A stretch of DNA of 48,986 nucleotides, filler included, from Catajapyx aquilonaris (lineage: Eukaryota), in NCBI GenBank assembly GCA_000934665.2. It is 2 parts of 2 records of this genome, joined end to end, with 100 filler letters (N's around TTAATTAATTAA, not from the genome) between each part and the next. Parts side by side here need not be neighbours in the genome. Positions count along the whole stretch, not along the records: positions 24,530 to 48,986 come from JYFJ02005510.1; 1 more part is not named here. The stretch is one strand, 5' to 3'. This document shows, piece by piece, positions 24,530 through 37,800 of the stretch. The translations under genes and the position numbers were made by a program. Each line of letters opens with the position of its first letter. Within the stretch, counting starts at the first letter, position 1. The notes under the pieces were generated by a model. The model made no database searches. It was not told where the DNA came from and was given only the letters and a program-made list of their open reading frames with translations.

Positions 24530-25515
24530 TTATTATTATTATTATTATAGGTTTTGCACAGACTTTGATCAATCAGTACCTAACTGAAGCTGCCCTAAGT
24601 TCCGATATCACTTATATGCTCACTTTTTTATTTTCGAATGATTAAATCAACCTCGATAATCAGCCCCGAGTTGGTGAAATATGCAGAGGAAGATTGTCTG
24701 TACAACATATTAAAATTTGGAACATTTTAATGTGGTTGTTTGAGTGATGTAGTGACACAAACTGCACTTACGGCGAGAAACAATGACAAAGCGTAGGATT
24801 TTTTATGTCCTTCCCCGCTCAACCTCTCGGATGGAGATGACGGCATGAGACGGGGCATGAGTGGAGCTATCATTTGGTACCCATTGCATATTTTTAGTCC
24901 CAATAGGCGCCTGACAGTGACGGCGCAAAGATAGTCGGAATCCCCATATAAAGGCGCCATGTTAATTTCGTCTTCCCGCCTCCCTTTTGCCCTAAGTCAC
25001 GTGATCCCCCCCTCGGAGATGTTTGCATCACTTTTGAGAGGGAGAGGGAGCGTCTACTGGTATATATGGTCTAAGCCTCTAAGGGTATTACCAAAAAAAA
25101 AAAAAAAAAAGCAGCCATCTTTGATATAAATAGCAGCAATTATTAACTTAATGGTGTAATTTCTAAATTTTGCAATTTACTTCCTAAATTGTAATGAATG
25201 GTCAGGAATATTTTGACACTCATTGGACCGATAGTGAACGACTAGGAAACATTGATGTAACATTTCTGGACTTTAAATTTGACGCGTTACAGATGATTCT
25301 TTGGAGGAAGTCATGAAAAATGCAATAGATGTTTCCTATGACCATTTGTCAACACTTCCTGGGTTCCTGGGTCAAAGGTTGGCTTTGGTGAAGCTGGCTA
25401 TGAGGAAAAAAAGACGGCTGTCTCATCGACATGTGGCCGATGACAAGGCCAGGGTTGTAAATATAATTAAACCCCACCTGCGAAAAATTCCTTATGGCGG
25501 TCACAGAAGAGTTAA

Positions 25516-25637
25516 ACTTACTGCATGGCATCTTGGCCGTTTTCGTGTCAACTTCTTGACTCAGGAATAGGCTCATGCCTACAGAGTAGTGCCCAAGCCT
25601 GTGAACCAAGGTCATATCTATGACCCAGCACAAAGGA
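25516..25637. mobile_element. Short (about 120 bp) TTAA-flanked repeat (piggyBac-type target); second copy at 33583-33699
   Basis: Both copies share GCATG.CATCTTGGCC...TGACTCAG.AATAGGCTC...GTGCCCAAGCCTG.GAACCAAGGTCA...TGACCCAGCACAAA. Flanks are TTAA/TTAT here and TTAA/TTAA at the second copy. Confidence 0.62.
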
Positions 25638-25843
25638 TTATTGATTCATATATAATAATTAGGGTATCATTTATGGAAAACAGCTAATGTTGTTGCAGTA
25701 TTTTGATCTGGACCACGTTGAAAACTCACCATACTTGTTGTGACTATCACTTAAGCTTAGTTGAGTACATATCACCTGGAGAACGATCTACCCTACTGCT
25801 GTAGATCTTGACTGAGATTTTCATACCACCTTTGTCTTTTCAG

Positions 25844-28800
25844 TCGCGTCACAACATGGAAGAGTTTGAACTTTTCACCTTGGATGATGTTGATGCTGCT
25901 TTTGATAAGATTATTCAGCTAAAATACAACCAAAGTGTGTCCCTTAAAGGAAAAGGGTATGGGCTGACCATTACTCCTCTTCCTGCTGGTCACATGATTG
26001 GAGGCACAATATGGAAGATTGTGAAGGTTGGAGAAGAGGACATTGTGTATGCTGTGGATTTCAATCACAAGAAGGAGCGGCATCTGAATGGCTGTGAACT
26101 GGAGAAGATTCAAAGGCCATCACTACTTATTACAGATTGCTACAATGCCCTCTACCAACAGGCCAGGAGGAGAACCAGGGATGAGAAACTCATGAGTTAG
26201 TCACATTTCATTCTTGGGCTAGCTAGAGTGGAAATGTAGAACAATCATCTGCATGGTAGCAATCATGAACTCTCTGAGTACTGCATGCCGATAAAATGCA
26301 TTATATACAGTCAAACTTCTATAAGTCGAACTTCCCTAAGTCGAAGTTCTCTGTAAGTCGAAGAAAATAATGAGCTTGGTTGGTCAAAATGTAAAATAAT
26401 AGGAAATAAACTTCCCTAACTCGAATTTTTATAACTCGAAGTTCTCCATAACTCGAAGTGCATGCAGGGCCTTACGATGGGATATCAATGCATTTTCAGT
26501 CTCTAAGTCGAAGTTCATGTTGGCGAGTACAGAAAATGTACTCATTTCCTAGTCGAAGGGTCGAGAGTAGGCCAAATGCACAGAAATGCTCAATTTCCTG
26601 ATCTCCGTCTACCAGACGTACCGAAAGAAGTGTTTAACTCGATTGTGACAATTGAATCCTTGAATCTAAGTGTAGGCAAATGTTCATAACTGAGTTTTTT
26701 TTTACAACAAAACAACGAGGAACATTGTAAGTGTGATAGTGACAGTTATTTTTAAGTTTTGAACACCTTTTGTTGCTGGATATAAAGGTAGGCTTCCTTA
26801 TAGAGTTCTGTGCTTTAAAAAGCCAAACTTCTCTAACTCGAATCTTCTATAACTCAAAGTTTTTTCCTGGTCCCATGGAGATTCGACTTATAGAAGTTTT
26901 ACTGTATATTTTTTCACTGAGGGATTGGCACTGAAGTGCACACATGATTACAAGTGCTTCTGATATAAGGAATCATTCGGCTCTCCTGCGATTCCCATTT
27001 TATGCTTGTAGGCTCATGACATTCTCCAAATGAGAGATAAATGCAGCAATGAAAGTTACCATGTTCCATCTATTAATAAGAAAAATGTTGCAGTGATAAT
27101 TTTAGCTTATTTTCCTCAGTCCATGACACTATTGCTGGGTGGAAAATTGCCAGAGAGTCGTAGGTGAGGTGTTGGCTTGGGTGTTGGTCAGGGAGTCTTG
27201 ATAAGTGAAGCATGCAGATACTTGTGTTAATATAGCATGAAATGCCAGCCAATTGTTCAGTGCTTTATTTTCTTGCCCTATTGACACTGCAGATGTTAAA
27301 TATTTTCTATACAGATTAAGGCCTGTTTCCAAAGAAGCTTCAGCTTGAAAAAGTGTGTTCTGGCGCTGGCTCTAGCTCCAGCTGCAATGCATTTCTAGCG
27401 CTGGGTTGATATTCAAGCAGCTTGCTTCAACATCGTACTCCTGTTGATATTTCAAGCTAGTGATAGAGCTGGAGCTTCCTTCTGACCAATCCGCGCAGCT
27501 CCCTGTGGTCATGTGCAGCCGTCTCGGTCGAGAGGTGACTAGGGGTGGGGCGATGACGCGGGGTGGGGAGGCCGGGGCATAGTGAAGAAGGAGAGAGGAG
27601 AAAAAAAGATGACCAGTCGGAGGTCACGGAAGGAGCTCGGGCAGAGGGCCCTGCTGATGCAGGGGGAGGCAGCATTGAGGAGCGACAGACTGGTTAGCAA
27701 CCTCAAAAGAGTGACCTTTAGCCTGAAGAGCAATCTCCTCCCCTCCGTTCTGATCACCATCTTGGCTTTCACAAGCTGGCGTGAGCTGGAAAGCAAAAGC
27801 TTCTTTGGAAATCGGTCTGAGGGTGCTAGCTGTGAAGCACCACCTAAGGTGAGCTCCAGAGCTCACTTTTTCAAGCTGAAGCTTCTTTGGAAACGGGCCT
27901 TTATCCTTTATGTGATTGTGAAGTCCAGTAGCAGTTTCTTTTGCACTATGATCACATGGGAAGTGAGTTGATAACAAAGTAATAACCTCTGAGTTTGTGT
28001 AAAGTGGAAGATGTGCACCATCCCCCATCTGATTACTGCATTGGTAACGTTAGTCTTTGGTCAGTTTTAAAATAGTCAATTCAATTTGCAATTCATCTCA
28101 GAGGTAAGCAAGGGTTTGGCAGTGAGAATGATCATCTACAGTGCACAATCATCAGCAGTGTCCGTCAGTGCTACTGAGATCTGCACACTCGTCATGTGCA
28201 TTATTGCCTATCAAATGTGACTAAATCATGTTTTTAAATGTAGTTCTGCGTGTTTTGTGAGCATGCAAAGTAAAGGACCCTTATCTTAATCTTTAAAGAG
28301 GGCCTCAAAGTAAGTGCAAAAGTTGTTGCCTGATTTGTTAATGACCCGAAGAAGTCTCAGTTACAAACTTAGTGCATTGGTTCAGATAGTTTCAGCCACG
28401 GTAGGAATGTAAAACTTTTCTACAGGGTGTTTCCAGTAACTCTGTAAAGACTTGCAGGGGTAATAGAGGGGACCAAGACAAGTATTTTTGACATAGGAAC
28501 TCGTGTCTGGAAACGCCGTCTAGAGGGGGTTCATAGACAAGGAACGGGTGCGCTCAGACTCATCACGAGGGAGGCGCTAGGCGAGCGGACTGTTTTGTTG
28601 ATACATGGCGCTTGGATGGTAAACAAAGGTGCGATGTGTCATATTAAACCTGGCAACAACAGATCCATCTAGCAACTAAAGTCCGCCTTCTAGGAGATGC
28701 GTGGAGAGTAAAGAACAGTTCTTTTGTTGCCAGGTTATGGCTTATCGCATCGTTGTTTGCTTACGCCATAACCTGGCAACAACTGCATGCCATCTATCAA

Positions 28801-31800
28801 CAAAACAGTCGGCTTGCCTAACGCCTGCTGCATGAAGCGTCTGAGCGCACCCGTTCCTTGTCTATGAACCCCCTCTAGATGGCAGACACGGGTTCCTATG
28901 TGAAAAGTACTTGTCTTGGTCCCCTCTATTACCCCTGCAAGTCTTTACAGAGTTACAGGAAACACCCTGTAGATCACCAACCACAATTGATGTCCAAACA
29001 TTTTTAGGCATTCAACCTCATTTCAACTCACTATGGGGTGTTTGAATGCCTAGTTGGAAATGATTACTTTTGGCAATTTCGATCTCTATTGAGCACGAGA
29101 GTAAGGACTCTTACTGTTATAGAGCCAGCCCAATGCAACATTATTTTGTTCAAATCAATATAATTTTTCCAAACAAAAATTTGGTTTCACAAAATTTTGG
29201 GTCCTTCAACTCTTCTATGTCAGGGTGGTACATTGAAACCTCAATCTACTGTTCTGTGTTTTCCTGGATCCATCATCCAATTCGTAGGATCCTGGAACAA
29301 ATCCTGTTTAATATAGGCATTTATTGTTTTCCCATAGCCCTCATTTTATTTTTCAGGTGTTCCAACAAAAAAGACGTATTGAGGTTTCACTGCACCAGTT
29401 GCTGTTTTTTTTACGTATAGTGTAACATGGTGCAAAATTTTGCAAAGTTGTAGTGAAACGTTGTACGTACAGGGGATCCAAAATACTAGTCCAATTGCTA
29501 TGTCGATTTGTTGGCACTAAGCTGCTTGTTTTAGCAGGTACTTTGCAGTTACTTTTAATGATCATCAAAAGTATTAGCTGCTAATATTAGGCCAAAGAAA
29601 ATCATCCATTCAAGCTCTAAACTGCAGTGTGCCCAATTAGGAATGGTCCACTGCACTGGAACAATTGGCATCTCATGTCAATGACAGTCCCAGAACCCAC
29701 TTGGTGCATGCCACTTGCAGGCCCAATTGCAGGCTTTAAAAAGGAGGAAATGTATAACTGAACATTACTAGCTAGTACTTTGGTAACCATTAAAAGTAAC
29801 ATCATAAATAAGCACCATAGTGCCAAAAATAGCCAAAGCAATTGGACAAGTATTTTGGATCACCCTGTTATTACCGTGTTATGTTCAATTTAAGCAAGGG
29901 ATTAGTTCACCGCAAATAGGTCTGCAGTAAGAGAATTGGGCCAGTTCTAAATAAAAAATTTCTTTGCATAGCCAACATCCTCCAGACCCTTCGAAATGGT
30001 GGAAACGTGTTAGTAGCAGTAGACACTGCAGGGCGGGTGCTGGAATTGGCCCACATGCTGGACCAGTTGTGGCGCAACCGTGAATCAGGCCTACTGGCCT
30101 ACTCCTTAGCGCTGCTCAACAATGTCAGCTACAATGTAGTGGAGTTTGCGAAGTCCCAAATTGAGTGGATGAGTGACAAGCTCATGAGGACTTTTGAGGC
30201 GCAGCGCAACAACCCTTTTCAATTCAAGCACCTCCAACTGTGTCACAGCATGTCAGAGCTTGGAAAGGTGCCGTCTCCGAAAGTAGTGCTGGCCAGCATG
30301 CCAGACATGGAGTGCGGGTTTTCTAGAGATCTCTTTCTGCAATGGTGCCAAAATTCCAGAAACAGCATTATACTCACCTCCAGGTAGGAACCACATGTTC
30401 TACATAATTTTTATATGACTTAACCAAATTAATGTGTTAATGCAATAGTGTACAGTGTAACGAAGTGCATCTTATTTTATTTTATTTTTTGTAAATGTCA
30501 TTGCATGAAACCTTTCCATCCTGCCATACCTATTGTGCCATTGTGCAAAACAAATAGTGTGTTCCAACTCTGGGGGTCCTTTTTGTTATTGGAAGTTAAG
30601 CAAATTCTTTGAAATATTTCGACCTTTGTGTCTCAATTGATATGTCAGTGTTATGCAATCCAAGGTTTCACTTTTTCATTTACTCAGTATGCACCTTTTC
30701 CACCAACAATCTTCATATTCACAAAAAATTTGAGTTCACCCTGGCACCACCCATGTGATTGAGCCAGGCCTAATATTAGCGTATCCGGAAGATATGGATT
30801 TTATATTTTTATATGGTACCACAGGGTTCATTTTTGAAAATAGAAACATGTGCAGCAAGGGTAGAAGGGCCTATCAAGACAGGACGTAGCTTATTAAGAC
30901 ATTTTCGCCCCTTATGATGTCCTGTACAGGCGCATAGGCAGAAAAATTTCGGAGGGGGACCCATTTCATAAGCACAAGGTGAACAAGCCGTAAAGGGTGG
31001 GGACAGGCCCGCCAAAGTCGATTTTCTTTTTTTTGGGGAGGGGAGGGGGGGGGGGTTGAAGGTCACATGAGCTTAGGTAAAAGTGGGAGATTTGAATGGG
31101 TATCACTTTTTCCAAAAAAATAATGAATTAGTAATTTCTAATGCTATTTCAAACTGTCCTGTATATCGTCATGGTCCTGACAAAATTATGTCGCAGTCTG
31201 GATCCGGACCGCGGTCCGCCAGTTGAATAGCCCTGCTCTAGTGTAAAAGCATCTGATATTTCATCCTTCACATCACACAGTGGTTCAACTAGGGAGGTAA
31301 TGAACATGCATTACTCACAAGGGAAGGTCACGGGGTGATAGTGACGGATCTTGATGAAATTTAACATGCTAATACAGGACAATATATGATACCCAAAAAT
31401 GAAATATTTCGTCCGGAACCCCATATTTGCAAAAGTTATGACGTCTTAAAGTTCCAAAAATAATACATTTTCATACTCCATGGGATTGCATTAGCGACCA
31501 CATACAGTATAATGACATTGATGTGTGTAATCAGTTTCTAGACCTTTTCTCATCGGAAAAAAGTCATACAGAACGGCTCTGGCCGTCCGTCTGTCCGTCT
31601 GTGGACAGGTATCAAGGCCTAAACCGTAAGAGATAGCGACAAACGGTTTTCATATTCGGATTGAGGGTGACCAAAATAGGTTTCATGGTCAACTTCTGGT
31701 GACCCGCCACTTCCGGTCTTCCGGGTTCACTCTATCCGCACAAGTGTACTTTACGGGAGGGGTTATCGTTGGATTTCAAAGTTAGTTTCCGTGTATTCCT

Positions 31801-34800
31801 GACCGTGTTTTTCGGGGATTTACTCCGGGTTTTACCTGACTCTCTGGCACAGGGGCTGTGCAATTTATTCCTGACGTTGGACATGTTTGCAATGAGCGTC
31901 ATCGGCTGCCATGATGTTATCGCCCAAGCCGATACTGGAATCGATATGTTGCCTAGGTTACGATATATCGATTCACATGCTCCCTGAAAGAATGAGAAAA
32001 GGTCTAGAAACTGATTACATACTTCAATGTCATTATATGTGGTCGCTAATGTAATCCCATGGAGTATGAAAATGTATTATTTTTGGAACTTTAAGACGTC
32101 ATAACTTTTGCAAATATGGGGTTCCGCACGAAATATTTCATTTTTGGGTATCATATATTGTCCTGTATTAGCATGATCAATTTCATCAAGATCCGTCATT
32201 ATCACCCCGTGACCTTCCCTTGTCAGTATTCTCATTATATCACCAGCTGCTACACTACCAATCATAAGTCTGAGCACACCCCCAAAATGACAGTCCCGGT
32301 ACATCAGAAAATGAATTTATTAAACTCTTATTTATTTTTCTACAAACATTAACTTTTCTGTTCATCACAGTATTTATTTTTATTTTTATTTCATGAAGTG
32401 AGGAATGAGTTTGTTGAGCCATTGAATACACTGTTGAGTTGATAAATGTGCCCACAGTTGGTGACCATTTTTTTAAATGTGTGCGATTACTCAGCAGAGG
32501 AATATAATTGGCCTCCAACACATACTGTAACATTGAGACAGTTTGGTTTGTTGGGGGAGGCAAGAAACTAAGGCTGAGACTTGAAAGAGGGTCATGGGGG
32601 GGAGAGACTTTTGGGCAGTGGGAGAGAAGGGAAAACCCAGAGAAAAATTACCCTAACCAGGAGAAAACCTTTTGAAACTCCTATGGTCCATGAGAAAATC
32701 CTCTACCTGACCCAGAGATTAAACTGAGGACATCGAAAGTGGAAGACTGGCATTAACTGCTATACCAGTGTATCACACCCTTTTGGGCCTGTCACGAAAG
32801 GCGTAGCACACACCTACTTCTGCCTCATTCGATTACTTCTCTGCATCCTAACTTGACACATGGCAGCACAGGGGGTGAATGCACATCCAGAGGCTTTTAC
32901 CTGAGATCCCTACCTACCATACAGCCACCAAGACCCTGGGATATTTCTCCTGTTTCACCAGAGTGGAGGGGAGGGTAGTGAGGTGGACTAGAGAAAGCAG
33001 GGGAGACAGAGTTATGAAGTTGGTCACATGGGGAAGAGTCTGCCCTCTCAGTGGCCTGTATCTGACAAAACCTATGTGATCCACTTTGAAACGTGCAGGC
33101 CTAATCCCCCTATGCCACTTGTGGTGCAGCACTATGCCACCAGTGTGACAGGCTTGGCAAAGGGTTTGTTGCTTGCACTGCTCACAACACATATGGGGTA
33201 TGATTTGTGTGACAGGCCTATTGGTATAGTGAGTGGCATATAAGTTGTGCCTAACTGCATGAATGGTATTTGGAAATACAGTTGAATCAGGATATAACAG
33301 ACTTCAAGGGACCGCAGAAAAAAGTATGTTATAACCGAGGTCTGTTATAGCCAAATCACCACTTTTGCAAGGAATAAACAAAAGTTTTCTGCTTTCCATA
33401 TGCCTGTAATGTACACAATTGCATAGTGATTAATGAAACTATCCACATAAATACAAAATTAGCTCACCTGTAAATTATCAAAAGGAACAAAAAAAATGTA
33501 CAATATTCTTCTGCCATCTCCTTCTTGCCAAATATACCAGTAAAATAATTATTTTCAACAAATGTAAAGGAGCTCCTCTTAAACTTGTTGCATGACATCT
33601 TGGCCATCTTCGTCTGAACTACCTGACTCAGAAATAGGCTCCGGTATGGTGTGCCCAAGCCTGGGAACCAAGGTCAGCTCTGTGACCCAGCACAAATGAT
33701 TAAGACTTGAGGAAACATTGAACAGAGCACATGATTGTGTGCCTCAACCTGAAGATGCAAAACTTGCGGGTAGGAAGCTTACATTAGTGACAGGTAGGAA
33801 AATCACCCCCGCTCCAGCATGCAGGGCTTTTCTCACATAGGAAAGGAAGATGAGTAATCAAAAGCAACACACTTTCCCACCAAGGCAAGGGGTCAAGAAA
33901 TGGTCTGTTATAGCCAAGGTGAGAGTGTTATATCAGGATTAAAAATACACAGAGCCTTATGGAAGTATTCTGGGACCACCCTTTCAAGTCTGTTATAACC
34001 GAAAGGCTGTTATATCCGGATTCAACTCTATTCATTAGCAGCCTTTTCAAAATTATATTTTTCAACATTTTTCACTGATTATAGATAATGTTCGCTGTAT
34101 AATAATTAGGAGTAGTGAGATTCATTTTCAATTGTCACGTTCATGATTTTTTCCACTGCAGGCCATCACCTAGTACTCTTGGACGTAGTCTGATTGATCA
34201 AGCAAATCCTCGCACCTTGACCATGGAAGTGAAACAAAGGGTACGCTTAGAAGGACTGGAGCTGGAAGATTATATGTCCAGGGAAAGGGAGCTGCAGGCA
34301 CAGAAGAGGAAACAAGGGCAGGGGTTTGTATCCAAGATCAATGTAGAATATGGTTGTGAAGTTTGTCAATGGATAAGTTGCACCACCCAACATCTGATGG
34401 GGATGATGGGGTTTAAGTTATTTGTTGTTTGTTAACTGCATTTGGACAGTTATTTATTTATTTTTTGGAGAAGGGTTCAGTGAGAAAAAAATGTGCTGAT
34501 GTGTTGTTATTGACATGTAAGACATGAACTTGTATTGAAAGTCCACATCTCAGACTGATCTGAATGACTGGCAGTTTGGGTTGCAGCCAATAACATTAGC
34601 TCTGAGGTAGGGAGTCAATGCATTTCATGGGTGCATGTGGGAGAATAGTCATCTTTTGCAGTGCAGCTACATAGCTGACGCGTTTTGGTGTCGTCAGCCA
34701 TTTTCATTCCAATATGGCGGCACAATATGTGCACTTACCCCGGGTGTGCACTTCCCCCACTTCACCCTATATATGTTTTCCTTGAGAGCATCACCTTTGG

Positions 34801-37800
34801 GTATGTATGATATCAATTAGAAAATTCCAGAGGGTCTTCCAGTATCTAATCTTTTGCAGGGTGCACCCTTTCAGCTACCCTTTAAGGCTCAAAATTTGAA
34901 GTCATGAGATTGAGACATGCTGAAAAGCCATACAAGGGACCTAGACCTTAACTAATCTTAAGGTTAAGTGGTTTGGGACTGCCATGCATGAGATGCATTT
35001 AGGAAAAGTATTGTTTTCAGGTGAATGTATATTACCTATTGTCAAAGTTTAAAAAGCATTGCAATAGATGATACAGTTGAATCCCTCTATAACGAAATTG
35101 AAGGGAACCAAATTTTCTTTAGTTATATGCGAATTTTGATATATTTAAAAACGTGTTTAAACCTCACTTTTTTCGATATTTCAGGGTGACCACCGGTCAG
35201 GTAACACAGGGAAATTGGAAATTAGCTGGTAGACAGGGAAAATACAAGGAAATTCGTGTCAATCACTCACAATATGCTAAAATGACAATTACTGACTAAT
35301 TTTTGTGTTGATATGGAAGGATATTTTGATGTTGTGTCTTTATTAAGTTTGGTGTGGGAAATCAAATCCAACGGTGGTATTGGTTTTTTTTGGTATCGAG
35401 ATTTTTCTAGTTTTCTTAAATTTGGTGAAATTTGCACAGAGGTTCCGAAAAAATACAGCTGACTTTCCTCCTTGACGTGAAGACATACCAAAATGCCACC
35501 CAAATACGCACAACATTCCAATGAATCCATAGTACACTCTCGGCATCCTTCCAGACACATAATTATCATGACCCAAAATGTTAATTTTGTTTTCCTTATG
35601 TTCTCATCTTATATTCAGTGATGAGGAATCATACAAGTCAATCTAGGACTTAAGCCAGTCATGTATCTTTTCATTCAGACACTATAAAGGGAAAATTCCT
35701 AAGTGATTTGTGTGCATATTTCTGACGTGAATCACTCCCTATTTGCTTTAAAATACATTTTCAAATGAAAATAGTTGGAAAGAGAGGCAGGGAAAAAGTC
35801 AATGAAGACACAGGGAAAACAGGGAAAACACAGGGATATTTTGTTTTAGTCACTGGTGGTCACCCTGTATTTAGGTGTTCTATTAAAGTCTGATAGCGGG
35901 AAAAATAGTAAAAAAATTCTTCCGCATTAAATTAGATCGACTAGTCGAACACTGATGACCAAACACCAGAGGACTGCAACACCTTTTCTGCTCGCGCCCT
36001 CATCCCACCTTTTAGGCAGCATATGATAAGTCTGCGTCCGGGAATTCCGTTCCAGATGTGATTCGTTTTGCTGCTCAAATTTCCTATGAATTTTCCCAGG
36101 TTTTAACCACATGCCTCCTACCCTGGGGGGCCCACGTGCTAGCAATAAATCCAGTTGGACGCTCTGAGTCACTGCCCAATAGCCCTCCCCCCTCCAAGAG
36201 AATACTTTCCCTTCCATTAGGACCCCAAATTATCAACTTTGGACAGAATGTGTGAAAAGAGGTTGAATCCCGAACACAGAGATGGTGATTTATGGCCCGA
36301 TTTGCCAACTTCCGCCCTTTTTTGGCTGAGAGGTGGGACAGGAGGAACGAAATATTTTCGTAATATGCAAACCAAAACCAAAAATCCTTTCGTTAAAAGC
36401 AGATTTTTTAAACATGGGTTTATATGACGGTCACAAAAAAAAATTCTGATATAAGCGGATTTTCGTTATGTTCAGATTCGTTATAAAGGGATTCGAGTGT
36501 ACTGCCACCAGAGAGATGCAAGCTTTTCTGTGATAGTGGCACTATTACACTAGTAGACAATTGCATTTTGCTCTGGTATGATTGGGTATGATTATGCAGG
36601 GTTCTGAAATTTATTATACCTTTGCTTTGGGGGATGGTAGAAGGGTTCTAGATGATCATTTTAAGTATAGGTATCATGGGTCTCCGAAGCCTAGTTACCG
36701 AGATAATTGGCATTAAATAAAAAGTGCATTATACTGTCTTCTCTGTTTCGGATACAGCCTACGACACTGCCATTGCCTAGGCCACTGTCTGCTATGCCTA
36801 ATGGGATTGCGTTTTAAATTTATATTGCATGATAACATCTTATTTAAATGAAAAGGTAATGTCGCATGGAGGGACGCATACCTGCCAGGATATTTTATAC
36901 TTTGTGTTTGAAGCACATTACCTCAGTAACTATGCTTCGGAGATGCACGATACCTGTACTTAAAGTGATCGCCTAGAACCCTTCTACCATCCCCCAAAGC
37001 AGAGGTAGAATAAATTTATGAACCCTGTAGATGCACTCAAGGCACAGTATGTATCTTGGGTTCACCTGGTCAGGGTGGCCAGTTAGTACTGTACTTCCTC
37101 CTCAGAGAAGCATGATTTATGGCTGCTCTACATACTGCAGCTTGAAACCCTTCCAAATGTGCTTTGCAGTGTAGACAAAATGAGGACTGCGTCTGAGATC
37201 AGGTGTGCCTAGCAGTAGTGCCCTTGGCATCGTCATGAACACACCTCCCACCATCTCTAGCATGGATAGCCTTCCAGTGTATTGCAGCCATCAATATTAT
37301 GCATGTAAGAGCATGTGAATTTTGGAACAAGTAATAATTGAATGTGGTGACAGGATATTTGCCAGGATTCATTATGTCATTACATGTGATAATATTTAGT
37401 GGAATGGAAATATATCCTGCTAATGTGAGACAGGAGACTCAAGATTTTTATAGTTGCACTAGCAAGTAACCTGGCATTGCACGCAAGTGTTGTGGTTGTG
37501 ATGGTAGTGGTAGGGGTATGCAAGAATAAAATACACTTCATAATTATACAGTAGGGGGGACCGGTGGATGTTGGCTGCAGTCAGCCCCCGGACACTCCCC
37601 CTATAATCAGTTCTTATCACCTGACGGGGCGTTTTGCGTTAGGTGCTGTCTCTGATACAAATACATGTGGCGACCATACTGGTTACATTAGTGAAAGGCA
37701 CTCTCATCATTGGTCAAAATTAAGAATCTCATATGAGTATTATGCCACATGTATATGTATCAGAGACAGGCACTCTCAAGTGAGCACCTCCCGCAAAACG

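Noticed and set aside
26308..26560. Recurrent TAAGTCGAA units resembling a CRISPR-like array
   Set aside because: Short, irregularly spaced subterminal repeats of a MITE in eukaryotic DNA; no spacers or cas genes.
27129..28028. Cluster of 67-134 aa ORFs in a CPSF2 intron
   Set aside because: No recognisable motifs or consistent exon structure; possibly a decayed repeat but not supportable.
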